A stretch of 64,000 bases of DNA from Eledone cirrhosa (GCA_964016885.1 OZ024745.1:108190001-108254000); one strand, 5' to 3'; positions 1 through 12,130 are shown, counted from the first letter of the stretch. The notes: generated from the sequence alone by a model not told the origin. Made by a program: numbers and translations.

Positions 1-337
1 CTTGATAGTCTTCTCTACTTCCCCCATCCCGCCATACTTTCCAAGCCTGTATTTTGGCCTTAATTGACTCCTCCACCTTACTGTTCCACCGCCACGTTAC
101 TCTCCTCCTGCCTATAGGCCTGCTCCAGCCACAGACTTCATCTGCCGCCATCAGCAGGTTTGCTTTCAGGAATTCCCACTGTTCCTCTATATTGTACGAC
201 TCTAATTGCTCTTCCTTACTGTCGAAAGCATCAAGTAATATGCTTTTAAATTTATTACTGGCTGTGGGGTCCTTTAGCTTCCATATTTTTCTCCTGAGGA
301 TAGTCCTCTTCTGTTGTCGAGTACGTCTCGTCCTGAC

Positions 338-338
<1 letters not shown>
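1..338 (-). mobile_element. RTE-clade LINE fragment (linker between endonuclease and RT), runs off the window edge
   Basis: Minus-strand reading RRKIWKLKDP...QWEFLKANLLMAADEVCGWSR...VTWRWNSKVEESIKAKIQAWKVW resembles the RTE ORF linker; it abuts (TA)n at ~340. Confidence 0.75.
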
Positions 339-382
<44 letters not shown>

Positions 383-1014
383 TCATCATCTTCGTTTAAC
401 GTCCATTTTCCACGGTAGCATGGGTTAGACGGTATATATATATTGTTTCAGCTGTGCTGAAGAGGACCTGTCCCACCCTTTCAAGCAAGGAAAAGTGGAC
501 GTAAAATGATGATGATGATGATGATATATATATATATGTATACTAAGAAAAAGGTTATTGTTGTGAAGACTTGACTATTCTGGATTTGTCACATAGATAG
601 ATGGTCAAAAGATTAGATGTAATCCCTAAATACAAATACACTAATTGAGAACCATATTGTAAAATCTCACATATAGTAGTAGCTGGTCTGGTCTTGTTGC
701 TGTTTTTTAGCTCAACATCAGTCATCATTAATAAGAACTATGATAAAAAGCATTCTAATCATGCCCATCCCATCGTCTTTTACATAATTAGCATATCTAG
801 AACAAGATTATCCAATATGTCTGTCTCTGTTTATTCTTTTTTTAAGACAGTAGGGTGTAATTAGAGGAGAAATTTGGTAGCTATTTTTGGCATGTTGAGT
901 ATATAGATAAAGGGTCTCCAACTCAAAAGTGTTATTACATCCTGGGATAAGAGGCACAGCAGGCATGATTTTCACCAGTTATAATGCTCATCTGCAATAC
1001 AGCTGATAGGCTGC

Positions 1015-1056
<42 letters not shown>

Positions 1057-1745
1057 GGGTGGTAGATTGGCAGAGCATGGGACAACATGCTTAGCAGCAT
1101 AGAGTTATGACCATTTACGTTCTGAGTTCAAATCCTGCCGAGGTTAGCTTTGCCTTTTATCCTTACCGGGTCAATAAAATAAAGCACCAGTAATGCATTG
1201 GGGTTGATTTAATCAACTTTCCCCTCCTCTTCAAATTGCTGGCCTTGTTCCCATAGTAGAAATCATCACCGAGGTTAACTTTGCCTTTCATCCTTACGCG
1301 GTCGATAAAATAAAGCACCAGTAATGCACTGGGATAATTGCTGGCCTTGTGCCAAAAATAGAAACAAAGGGCGGTGGATTGGCAGTATCGGTAGAGGGTC
1401 GGACGCCATGCTTTCCAACATAGTTACGTCCCTTTACGATCTGAGTTCAAATCCCGCCAAGGTTGACTTTGCCTTTCATCCTTACGGGGTCGATAAAATA
1501 AAGTACCAGTAATGCACTGGGATAATTGCTGGCCTTGTACCAAAAATAGAAACAAAGGGCGGTGGATTGGCAGTATCGGTAGAGGGTCGGACGCCATGCT
1601 TTCCAACATAGTTACGTCCCTTTACGATCTGAGTTCAAATCCCGCTAAGGTTGACTTTGCCTTTCGTCCTTACGGGGTCGATAAAATAAAGTACCAGTAA
1701 TGCACTGGGATAATTGCTGGCCTTGTGCCTAAAGTAGAAACAATT
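1057..1745 (+). mobile_element. Tandem array of tRNA-derived SINEs (Nin/Deu-like core), 188-bp period in the last copies
   Basis: A-box-like TGGCAGTATCGG, B-box GTTCAAATCC and core GCCTTTCATCCTTACGGGGTCGATAAAATAAAGTACCAG; near-identical units offset by 188 bp (1324/1512/1700); preceded by (ATT)n. Confidence 0.85.
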
Positions 1746-1965
1746 ATTATTAATGAAAATGAATACCCTTGAGATAGTAAGTCAGATATGTGAATTTGAA
1801 CAAAATGTAGGGGGACAAATTTTCAATTACAAACTTTCCCAAATTTCATGTTTTTCTTTTGGTTAATTCACATTTTTCCATTTTCACGTTTGATAAATTT
1901 TTTTATTTTTTTCTTCCATTTTATTGTATTTTATGGATAAATTTCAAAGAATTGTACTATAAATA

Positions 1966-2106
1966 CAGGTAAAATTCCGTTATAACGAATACTAGTATAA
2001 CAAACATTTTTTTCACTCCCCGGGCACATCTCGTTATAAAGAATTTTTCATTACAACAAATTTTTGTTTTGTACCTCGTGAATTTCGTTATAACGGAATT
2101 TCACTG
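1966..2106. mobile_element. Tc1/mariner (pogo/Tigger-like) MITE
   Basis: Imperfect terminal inverted repeats CAGGTAAAATTCCGTTATAACGAA / TTCGTTATAACGGAATTTCACTG; TA on the left side only. Confidence 0.6.
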
Positions 2107-3229
2107 GGCAAATTACCAACTTTTAGGAAAATATTAGTAATGACAATTGTTCTACTGTGGGCATAGAAAAGTATTTTGCAGGCTACATATTTAGATTCCT
2201 GAGACAGAGGCTCCCTTAATGGCTCATCACTTACAGTAATTATAGTTGGGGAGTGGTACGATGTGGAAGTCTGAGTTAGTTATGTTTTTCTCCTTTATGT
2301 TGAGTATGACATTCTTCTGTAGCTATTCCTATGGTGGTGTACATCCCACCACACTTTTGGCAGGTTAATAAAGTCACCAGTGTGGCTGTAGCTTTTGTGT
2401 GAATGTACTTTTTGTGCTTGTCTTGACTCAGGTCTTAGTAGGACAGATAATCTTCTTAGAATGATGTTGTAATAGTGTTATTAAGAATTCCTGCAGATGT
2501 GACTAGGTAACAGAAAAATGTAGCAATGTAGCAGTAGAGACAGACGATTGTAGTTTGCTGCCAAAACAAAATTGTATGTCTAGGTGGTCTTGCATTTTAA
2601 GTATTTTGGTTCCATTGTATAGTTGGTCTAGGTACAGGTTATTATAATGTGAAGTATGCTATTTTGTGCTCATTGTCATTGTCATTTGTGATTTGTTGTG
2701 GAGAGTTGAATATAATATATTGTCTTTACACTGGTGCTGTTGTTTCATTGAGTTTATCAAATGTGATGCAAGTTTATGTTTTAAGTGTGTTTCTGTGAAT
2801 AATTTCAACCTAATTTTACTGTTTCCTGTGAACAGTTTGAATGTTGTAGAGATATTTCAGTTAATTCCTAGTGTGTTTGTTTGCTGCATGTGTGGTGTGC
2901 GTTTATGTTGTTGAGTGTGATTCTTAATTATATTTGATGTTTTTGCATACAGTTAATAATGAAGAAGATGATGGATTTGATAAGTGCTACTTTTAGTTAA
3001 TATATTTCTAGATCGTTGATATAATGTTGGAGTAGTTGTGCTGATGTATCAGGGGAATATAGGAGGGAGGCAGAGGGGGTGGGGCGAAGATAACTTTGAT
3101 GTTATCTATGTATGAGATGAGGCTGTGGGTATGTTTTTGTGGTGGTATTAGGTCATGTTGATATAAGTTAAAAATAATGGATTAAGGGAATTACACTTTT
3201 CGTACACCATTTGAGAAATTTCTGATTCT

Positions 3230-3720
3230 AGAAATGCATCACACAGCCTACCTCTCTCTCCAACATAGAAGCTCTCCATTGTCAACAGAGATACCAGCTC
3301 CCTAAATCTCTTCCAGCCCATGCTCACTCTGGCTACCACACTTTTAAGGCTTCCCCTTCTTTGCTAACAAGGTCTCCAAGCTACAAAATCCATCGACAAC
3401 TTCAAGGAAATCTCCCAGGCAATTGAGGAACTCTATTTCACTCATGTCCCTAGTGTTTAGTTCTCCCATGCATCCACTACATACAAAATCTATTCTTACC
3501 ATCAACCTGCCTGTAATCCCACTACATCTGTGTATCCATAGATTACACTGTGTGTAACTTATGGAAGTTCCATTCACACTTCTAAAGCACAAGGCCACTT
3601 CCCTGACAGTATCAAGTTCCTATCCTCCTTCCTACCTAACAAGATTTTAGTTTTTGCCAAGCTTACTGTCAGGGTATTTGACTCTAGATTACTCCACCAT
3701 GTATGGAATTTTGCCTGGAG
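3230..3720 (-). pseudogene. Degenerate RTE LINE RT fragment with PHD-type finger
   Basis: Frameshifted pieces [41 protein letters not shown] match the intact ORF at 34958-36292. Confidence 0.8.
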
Positions 3721-3799
3721 AACAATAATAAACAGACAGGGACTGAGGACTTCAAATACATCACCAGACCTGCTGCCACACACTCACACACACATACAT

Positions 3800-4115
3800 T
3801 TTTTTCTCAAAATTATAAATGACTTCTCATGTAACTCACACAATGTAATATATATTACAGCATGTAAATGTTGCCATATACACCACATTGATCAAACAGT
3901 TCTGACACTTTGACAAAAGATATCAGTACACCATCAACAAATTAGCATACATCAGAAAAATCCTTCTAGGTCAGCATAAAGAGAGTTGTGGAGAATGAAC
4001 CATGCCAAATTTCGATGTTTTCCCATTCCATCAATGCAACATCTCAACACCAGAACAGCAACACATTAATAAGGAAATGTATATTATAACTAAATACAAA
4101 CTAAAACTTAACTCA
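3800..4115 (+). pseudogene. Degenerate GIY-YIG endonuclease (3' end of an older Penelope-like element)
   Basis: Hand translation FSCNSHNVIYITACKCCHIHHIDQT...HHQQI...HKESC...FDVFPF...KEMYIITKYKLKLN with stops and one frameshift; fits a CCHH-type PLE endonuclease. Confidence 0.6.
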
Positions 4116-4448
4116 TACTTAACTCATGCATTTAATTAAATTCATAGTCAAACTAAAGTTGAGTCCCTTAAAAACAAATAACATATAAAAAATATATTCA
4201 ACACAACATGCAACAACAAAGTGAAATATATTGAATACCAGCGCATATCAAAATGAAACTTTGAAAAACTACTCCTAGTAAAACTGGTTAGTAGAAAACT
4301 GATTGGATAATCATGACTATTTAAGAAAAACCCTCAATATTTTTTCTAAAAATATTTAATTTATTTTGTATAAACTAATTTCTTTTCAGTGTGTACTGTA
4401 AATTTGCATCTATATGAACAAAAACGTGCATCTTCAAATCTATATTTT

Positions 4449-4501
<53 letters not shown>

Positions 4502-6035
4502 CCTATATTATTTCCCCTATATATATATATATTTATATCCATATACATGCATATGCTTACACACATAATCATATAAAGCATGTATGTTTGGGTACACATC
4601 TATGTATGCATATACTCTCACTTTAAAAAGCATTAATTATTTATGTATAATCCAAACTAATGAAACATCCATTAATGAATATATTTATAGTTGGTATCAT
4701 CTTAATACTAACAATAACTGCTATTACTTCTAACCATTTGGTTTTTTTCTTGTTGTTGCTATTGCCTATTATGTATATAGAGGAAGTGAGCATTATCCGA
4801 TAAAATTTCTTCTGATGACATAAATAAATATGAAAGAAGCAATCTTATATTAAAGATCACTGGTTGTCAAAATTAATTAGCATTACCTAATATCTATGAA
4901 CCAGCCACAGCAGTCAGTAACTTGCGGGGAACAGACTGGTCTGCAACAAACAATATTCAGTTAGTTTTTGCTAAAGATTATAAGCTTAGAGCAGAAACAT
5001 ATCACATTTCCCAAATGAAAAATCAGAGTTAAATTACAAGCACTGCTGAGAAGGTTTTTATCGCAGTTGCCTTAAGGCACAAGGTTTACACTTAAATAAT
5101 TTCCCTCCTTTTACATGTTCATTACTTAAAGACCATTATGAATGCTCTTCTGACTTTGACAATATCAGTAATTTCATTTCAAGCTGTACTTCTCATTACA
5201 TCCCCGAAGTATGCATCGATATATTTTTCCTAGCGTAGCCTCCTCATCTTCAATAAGAATTCACTGAGGAAAGAGGATCTTGATGAGACAAATATAGAGA
5301 ATGTTGTTTCGGTCACTGAGTCATAGCGCCTGAGGGATGAATTTGTCACAACCAATGAATGTTTTGTGAAGTCGGATATGGCAGCACACTGACATTTTAC
5401 TAGCTTTCACACTCGTTGCCATGTCAACGATGCCTAAAATGACAAAATGCCTGCAGATAGAAGGCTTTTTATAGCTCATTCTTCCCAACTATGAAATAGC
5501 ATTTCAGCAAGGTGGTGGAAGGAAGATTGCAAGGGTAGATTAATACTTTTAGGGCAATTACTTTCCTTTATATTTAGGCATGTAAATACTCCAAATATGT
5601 CTCATATATTTCAATAATGTAAAGCATTATTAGCAAGATGTAACCTATCTTTATTGAATTACTCCAGTCTTACAAGCAACAAGCATTAAACACATCTTTT
5701 AACAAAGGATTCAGTAAATAGTTTACATAAACCACTTGTTAATATGGTTAAGTTTCCAAACGATATACTTTAACATAGGTGTTTACAGAACCAGGGAAAC
5801 ACAAAGTAATAAATTATTATAAATGCACACACTGACCTGTAAATAATTTCAAATGTCTTGCAAATAATTGACCAACTGAAGACCACATTAGCTAGTTCTA
5901 AAATACAATTCCATCTGAGCGAAAATTAGCTGAAAATTATTAGATCTAATTTCTTTTTCTACATAATTGATAATTGACTCTTTGTCTTTGACCCATTGAC
6001 AGAATTTACATTGAGAAGATTATATATATATATAT

Positions 6036-6153
6036 GGGGAAAAGAGTTAGGACCCTGACGTCTGAGCTCCGGTCGTTTCGACAGCTAGATCCTATTTATC
6101 GAGTACTCTGGTGTGTTATGGTCCTCCTGGTATCTTACCGGACCTTCTTTGTT
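6036..6153. mobile_element. Short (TA)n-embedded element with hammerhead-derived motif; inverted copy of its end at ~6498-6533
   Basis: Similar to 34460-34600 (GAGTACTCTGGTG..TTATGGTCC.CCTGGT.TCTTACC..CCTTC..GTTA). Minus strand reads TAGGATCTAG-CTGTC-GAAAC...GTC-AGGGTCCTA. Confidence 0.6.
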
Positions 6154-6180
6154 ATATATATATATATATATATATATATA

Positions 6181-6483
6181 ATGTAGGCGGTGAGTTTTAT
6201 TTTAGTACAATAAAGCAATGCAGATATCGGATAAGTAGCACTCTACAGTTTGTAGGATTGGAGTATAAATAATATAAGATCAAAAGATGGTTAAAAGAGT
6301 TCCATGTATTATGATATGTTGATTTAAAACTGCACTAATCACAAGTGTTTTTTAAGCTTCATATCATGTCTCCCTATTTTATCTGATGAAAACGCAAATG
6401 TCATCGCATGATGATATTTGTTTTTGAAATGCGCATAATAAAATACATGGAACTCTTTTAACCATCTTTTGATCTTATATTAT
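6181..6483. mobile_element. Miniature PLE-like fold-back element in (TA)n
   Basis: Inverted repeat 6269-6310 / 6442-6483, unique tail 6181-6268, (TA)n on both sides, hammerhead inside. Confidence 0.75.
6375..6445 (+). ncRNA. Type I hammerhead ribozyme motif
   Basis: Stem I TATTTTAT/ATAAAATA; CTGATGA 6383-6389; stem II ...CAAATGTCATC/GATGATATTTG...; GAAA 6426-6429; palindromic stem III TGCGCA; cleavage triplet AUA. Confidence 0.8.
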
Positions 6484-6535
6484 ATATTATATATATATAA
6501 CAAAGAAGGTCTGGTAAGATATAGGAGGATCATTG

Positions 6536-6598
<63 letters not shown>

Positions 6599-6736
6599 CA
6601 AAAGTTTAACAAGGTTCATTGATTAATCAATGATAAAGTTTTACAATAGATTAGAAGCACTCAACAGCTAGGTTTTCTGGAGTTATTAATATTACTTCAA
6701 AATATTAATAAATATAGACATTCAGGTGATCAAATA

Positions 6737-6802
6737 TATTTTATTATACATATTTCAGAGGTATTGAGCTATTTCATCAGTACGTCCTCATCAGATAAAA
6801 TA
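6737..6802 (-). ncRNA. Type I hammerhead ribozyme motif (left arm)
   Basis: Reverse complement: TATTTTAT CTGATGA GGACGTACTGA...TCAATACCTCT GAAA TATGTA TA ATAAAATA. Confidence 0.75.
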
Positions 6803-6880
6803 AATTGATGTCTGACATACCTCAACTGTGCTAATGGTTCAATTCCAGTCTTGGCAGTTGAGGTATGTCAGACATCAATT

Positions 6881-6946
6881 TATTTTATCTGATGAGGACG
6901 TACTGATGAAATAGCTCAGTACCTCTGAAATATGTATAATAACATA
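6881..6946 (+). ncRNA. Type I hammerhead ribozyme motif (right arm)
   Basis: TATTTTAT, CTGATGA (6889-6895), stem II GGACGTACTGA/TCAGTACCTCT, GAAA (6927-6930), TATGTA TA, ATAACATA. Confidence 0.75.
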
Positions 6947-6988
6947 TATTTGATCGCCTGAAAGTCTATATTTATTAATATTTTGAAG

Positions 6989-7044
<56 letters not shown>

Positions 7045-7047
<3 letters not shown>

Positions 7048-7410
7048 GATGGTGGATGGGTGCAACACGAGAATGCTGAGGATGGCTCTGAACATTAATC
7101 AGTATACACTGAGGATGAAAAACTCAGAGCTGTATGGGAGCATCCCAAAAGTCAGCTCAAAAGTGACACAGAGGAGACTGAGGTTAGCTGGACATGCTCA
7201 CCGACATCCAGAGTTGACATTGCACTCAGTGCTCCTTTGGGAGCCCCTACATGGACACACTAGAAGAGGAAGACCAAGGTTAACGTATGTTGATGCCCTA
7301 AGGACAGACACTGGTCTATTGGAGACGCAGGACATGGCAGCGATAATGAGGGACAGAGACCGCTGGAGAGAACTCGTCCATGGATCTCGGGAATTTTACC
7401 CGCCTTAGAA
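7045..7410 (+). mobile_element. 5'-truncated RTE-type LINE 3' end
   Basis: DGCNTRMLRMALNI...RRLRLAGHAHRH...GRPRLTYVD...DRDRWRELV is the RTE C-terminal motif set; follows (TA)n. Confidence 0.85.
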
Positions 7411-7508
7411 AAAAATAGAATATATAGTACACACAGTAAAGTGGGAAAATAGATGAATTATGGTGATGATGATGTATATGCACCTTGTATATTATTATTA
7501 TTACTAAT

Positions 7509-7697
7509 AGGCGGTGAATTGGCAGTATCGGTAGAGTGTCGGACGCCATGCTTTCCAGCATAGTTACGTCTCTTTACAGTCTGAGTTCAAATCCCGCCGA
7601 GGTTAACTTCGCCTTTCATCCTTACGGGGTCGATAAAATAAAGTACCAGTAATGCACTGGGTATTTGCTGGCCTTGTGCCAAAAGTAGAAACAATTA
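7509..7697 (+). mobile_element. tRNA-derived SINE (Nin/Deu-like core)
   Basis: Full copy of the 1368-1555 unit; flanked by the direct repeat ATTATTATTACTAATAGGC. Confidence 0.85.
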
Positions 7698-8289
7698 TTA
7701 TTACTAATAGGCAGTGTAAGTTAGAATAGAAGTAAACACTGCTATTTCATAATGGTTGACTGAGTAGTTATGGATATGTAAGGCTACCATCTTCCATTAT
7801 GGGTTTTGAAAAACTATGAAGATAGTTGCTGGAAATATATTATTTCAAATTCTATAATATCTACTGACAACTAATTTACACTCTTAAAACATATGAAAGT
7901 TTTCATGCAAAATGTTACTGATTCCACAATACTTCATTGAATTATAACTTTTTTTTAGATTATATCAAACTCACCACAAATTTGAAAATGAATATTAACC
8001 AACTATTGCATGAAAGCAGAGAGAGATTTCTTTTCAATATATATCATGTAAAAGATAAAAAGTGATATTAGATTGATTAAAGATGACACAATCTATATTA
8101 TAATGAATGCACTGGATACTTTTTGTCCGTCTCACACGCAGGAATGCTACAATCTCACAAAACAATTTTAAAATTTGCATTTAGAATTCAGGAAATACTG
8201 TTAAAAGACAAGGACATATAGGGTAGAGTACGGAATTTTTTCAAATAGTTTAATTCATATCTGTTTCTCTCATTCTCTCTACCTCTCTA

Positions 8290-8336
<47 letters not shown>

Positions 8337-8530
8337 ATCATCATCATCATCATTTAACATCCATTTTCCCTAAGTGTAACTAGGTTATTCTCTCTCCATT
8401 TATTATATATATATATATATAAATAAATAAATACATATATATATATATATAAATACATATATATATATATATAAATACATATATATATAAATATAAATAC
8501 ATATATATAAATACATATATATATATAATT

Positions 8531-8617
<87 letters not shown>

Positions 8618-8650
8618 AATACATATATATATAAATACATATATATAAAT

Positions 8651-8706
<56 letters not shown>

Positions 8707-8729
8707 GTAAAACGGTGATGATGATGATG

Positions 8730-8763
<34 letters not shown>

Positions 8764-8767
<4 letters not shown>

Positions 8768-8999
8768 AGTGGTAACACAACAGTTAGTTCACCATACCAA
8801 GAACAATTGTTTCACCTTAGCGGATCCTCAGCTCGTAATGGATATGGTTATACGGAAAACCATGACCATTACGAGCTGAGGATTCGCTAAGGTGAAACAA
8901 TTGTTCTCGGTATGGTGAACTAAATGTTGTGTTACCACTTCTACCTAACACGTCCCATGGACTGAGTGCTCTACCACTACGGATATTACCTTCTAGTGT
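8764..8999. mobile_element. Miniature PLE-like fold-back element with hammerhead in both arms
   Basis: Arms 8764-8841 / 8866-8943, tail 8944-8999 containing GAGTGCT (8964-8970), (TA)n flanks. Confidence 0.75.
8866..8915 (+). ncRNA. Minimal type I hammerhead motif
   Basis: CCATTACGAG, CTGAGGA (8876-8882), TTCGCTAAGGT, GAAA (8894-8897), palindromic CAATTG, TT, CTCGGTATGG; stem II is weak. Confidence 0.65.
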
Positions 9000-9026
9000 A
9001 TATATAAATATATATATATATATATA

Positions 9027-9450
9027 TTCTAGGGCGGGTAAAATTCCCCGAGATCCGTGGACGAGTTCTCTCCAGCGGTCTCTGTCCCTCATTATCGCTG
9101 CCATGTGCTGCGTCTCCAACAGACCAGTGTCTGTCCTTCGGGCATCAACATACGTTAACCTTGGTCTTCCAGTGAGTCCATGTAGGGGCTCCCACAGGGG
9201 CACTGAGTGCAATGTCAACTCTGGATGTCGGTGAGCATGTCCAGCCAACCTCAGTCTCCTCTGTGTCACTTTTGAGCTGACTTTTGGGAGACTCCCATAC
9301 AGCTCTGAGTTTTTCATCCTCAGTGTATACTGATTAATGTTCAGAGCCATCCTCAGCATTCTCGTGTACCACCCATCCACCATCTGAGTGAGTTTCTTGG
9401 TCAGTGTCCAAGTCTCAGACCCATACAGGAGCACAGACTCCACTACAGCA
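9027..9450 (-). mobile_element. 5'-truncated RTE-type LINE, near-identical to 7045-7410 in opposite orientation
   Basis: AVVESVLLYGSETWTL...DGWYTRMLRMALNI...RRLRLAGHAHRH; (TA)n on both sides. Confidence 0.85.
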
Positions 9451-9485
9451 ATATATATGTGTATATATAAATATATATATATACA

Positions 9486-10120
9486 ATATGTTGAAAAGGT
9501 AACACACCAGAGAGAGATACAGTGCGCTATCAATAAATTCCATACACTATGCACTATCAATAGATTCCATACACTGGTGGTTTTTCCCTGTTTTATTGAT
9601 AGCGCACTGTATCTCTCTCTGGTGTGTTACCTTATCAACATATTATATTTTAAAGAGCTCAGGATTTCCTCTCCTTTGAGCACATTATTTACAGGGAACG
9701 ATGAGAGTCTATGGCTCCATTAATGTATCGTGATATTTCGCTCCTCTCTGTTTGGTTGAGCACACTTATCTGAGTGGTTTTGGGCTGCCCTTTCTAGCAG
9801 CTCGTCCCTCAGAGGCCACTGGTTCACTGCCCTTAAACACACTGTGACTTCTCTCTCCCACGTGTAGCTGGACGGTCACTTTAAAAATTCTTTTAGTGTT
9901 GTCTAGCCTTACACACGCTGATGAACCTGGGTTATTTCATTTCTGTCAACAACTTACTGCTGAAACAGATCACTTTGGATTTGTATGTGTGTTATATAGT
10001 TATAGAGGTATTTATTTACGCTTTAATTTATATTTTTAATTATCGTGTCTATACTCTGCCTTTCATAGGTTATAGTTTCCATACACTGGTGGTCTATGGC
10101 TCCGTTAATGTATCGTGATA
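9486..10120 (+). mobile_element. Rearranged PLE-like non-coding element with hammerhead
   Basis: Inverted repeat 9486-9537 / 9592-9644; direct repeats TTCCATACACTGGTGG (~9566, ~10077) and GTCTATGGCTCCRTTAATGTATCGTGATA (~9707, ~10092); (TA)n flanks. Confidence 0.65.
9911..9992 (+). ncRNA. Type I hammerhead ribozyme motif with full stem III
   Basis: Stem I ACACACG/TGTGTGT; CTGATGA 9918-9924; GAAA 9962-9965; stem III CAGATC/GATTTG; triplet GUA; stem II imperfect. Confidence 0.7.
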
Positions 10121-10137
10121 TATACATGTATATATAA

Positions 10138-10206
<69 letters not shown>

Positions 10207-10758
10207 TATATATATATACACACACACACACATTAAAGCCCACAGTACATGCTCTAAAGTAGTTGATGTTAGGAAGGGTATCCAGCTGCAGAAAGCTTGC
10301 AAAACAAGGGGTTGGGAGGACCCTTCAGTTTGTGTCAAAAGACGCAACAACTTCTCTGCACTTGATAATCACCATACATTAGTAGGATACAGATCTCTTC
10401 GGCCTGCTTTGGGTATCAGTGGCCCTGCTTTGGTACTGACTTGGGCTATTTAAACCTGTCCAACTCTTGCTAGTAGGGAAAGTAGACATTAAATGATGAT
10501 GATGATGAAATAATTTACTATGACATTGTTTTTATCATGTGACTATTATCATGTCCTTTTGTCTTGGTGTTTTCCACACCATCTTGTTGTGGCAGTTAAA
10601 ACAACCCCAGATTTTTTTTGTCTGAGCATCACATTCTCTCTGTGTGTGTCTTTGTCTCGAGCTCTAACTGACCCTTTTTGTGATGCATTGTATGAGTAAG
10701 TTGGCTGGATAATATCCATGAACTTTGCTGGTCTCGTTTAGGGATCTAGCCGGATCAA

Positions 10759-10825
10759 TTAGAGACAGTTGCTCCCGAGAGAAACTGTTGAGAAACGTGG
10801 TTGTGTACTCTGCCTCAACAACTCT
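10759..10825 (-). CDS. Candidate terminal coding exon of host gene (ELLRQSTQPRFSTVSLGSNCL*)
   Basis: Pyrimidine-rich acceptor TTTTTTCTCCATTTATTCTTAG; phase matches exon 13843-13931. A longer alternative frame is also open. Confidence 0.45.
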
Positions 10826-11657
10826 CTAAGAATAAATGGAGAAAAAAGAACTAGTAGATGTGTTCAATACAGTATAAAAAGATGGAATGGTCATGGCTGG
10901 AAAGCCTCACATCTTATGTCTGCGCACGTAAAGTTAATCTGTGGCTGAACAACAACAAAATCTTGTTAGCATCATGTGGGAGAAAACTAACAAGAACAGC
11001 CATAATGCTTGAAATACCTGGTATTTTATATTTTAACTTGCCTGCATGGAAATAATAATAACAAAATTTACAACAAATAAAAATAAAACAAGAAACCAAA
11101 AAATAAACAACAACAATAGTAACAACAACATTTCTGAGTTTCTTCATTGGTTTAGGTATGTTAAAAAAAACTGGGGGGGGGGGGGGGTAGAGACAACAGT
11201 TTAATGTTGGAAACATTTAAACAGATTTTTGTTTCAGACATGAAGCAACAGAATGATCTAATCAGATTTATCTATGTTCTTCACAGACAAATAGACTTAA
11301 ACAGTCATTGTCACAATCTCACATTATTCTGCACTGATAAGCAGGTTCCATTCTCATGTCACAGATGAATTGGTTAGTGGTAGGGAGTGCATTCAGTTGT
11401 AAAAACCAATTGCTCTTATAATATGCAAATATCTAAATTTGAAAAGACCACCCTTCCCAACTTCACCCATGCTGAGAGGGAAAGGAGAATAAAATCAATG
11501 TAAAACTGGCAAAATATACAGGGAAAATGAAATGATATGCTGGTAAAAATTGTACTTTAGATTTGCTCTCAAACACGATATATAATTATATCATTGTTAA
11601 AGTAAAAGTATATGTGTGTGTGTATATATATAAATACATAAATACACACACATATAG

Positions 11658-11720
<63 letters not shown>

Positions 11721-12028
11721 TTTTGAGTTTATGTTGGTTGTATACCAACACCTCAGTATGCAGGCTGGAGCACACTTTGTCCCTTCTACCATTTTATCAA
11801 TTTTTTAAGCTAACTCCAACAATAACAACACTTAGAATGAGGAATGTTCTAATAACTGACTAATGAGAGGAGAAGAGGACCTTTGACAATGAAATTCGTT
11901 TGTTTGAATTCATATGACTCCAGTTCCTCAGTGAAATAACAACCCAACAAAGAACTGGGCATATCAGAGTATTGACAATATTATACACCTAAACAACATA
12001 TGTACTTGTCTATACCATACTAATTCAA

Positions 12029-12086
12029 ACTGCCTGAAGAGGTCACAGCCAAAGATGGCTGTCACTGAAATATAATATATAGCAGT
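12029..12086 (+). ncRNA. Type I hammerhead ribozyme motif
   Basis: Stem I ACTGC/GCAGT; CTGAAGA 12034-12040; stem II GGTCACAGCCA/TGGCTGTCACT; GAAA 12067-12070; TATAATATA TA; followed by AATAAA and (TA)n ~50 bp downstream. Confidence 0.75.
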
Positions 12087-12130
12087 AATAAACAAAGCTA
12101 AATTTTAATCATTTGACTTTTATTTAACTT

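Larger units (their letters stand above)
6598..6994. mobile_element. Miniature PLE-like fold-back element with 140-bp arms, one hammerhead per arm
   Basis: Arms 6689-6828 and 6855-6994, 26-bp spacer, unique tail 6598-6688, (TA)n on both sides. Confidence 0.8.

Noticed and set aside
2240-3050. Possible ancient PLE coding remnant on the minus strand
   Set aside because: Composition is suggestive but no diagnostic motif could be read.
4805-4855. CTGATGA...GAAA hammerhead-like motif
   Set aside because: Stem I does not pair and stem II overlaps the core; probably chance or fully decayed.
5234-5326. Exon-like plus-strand patch (RSLLIFNKNSLRKEDLDETNIENVVSVTES*)
   Set aside because: No partner exons or recognisable homology; strand ambiguous.
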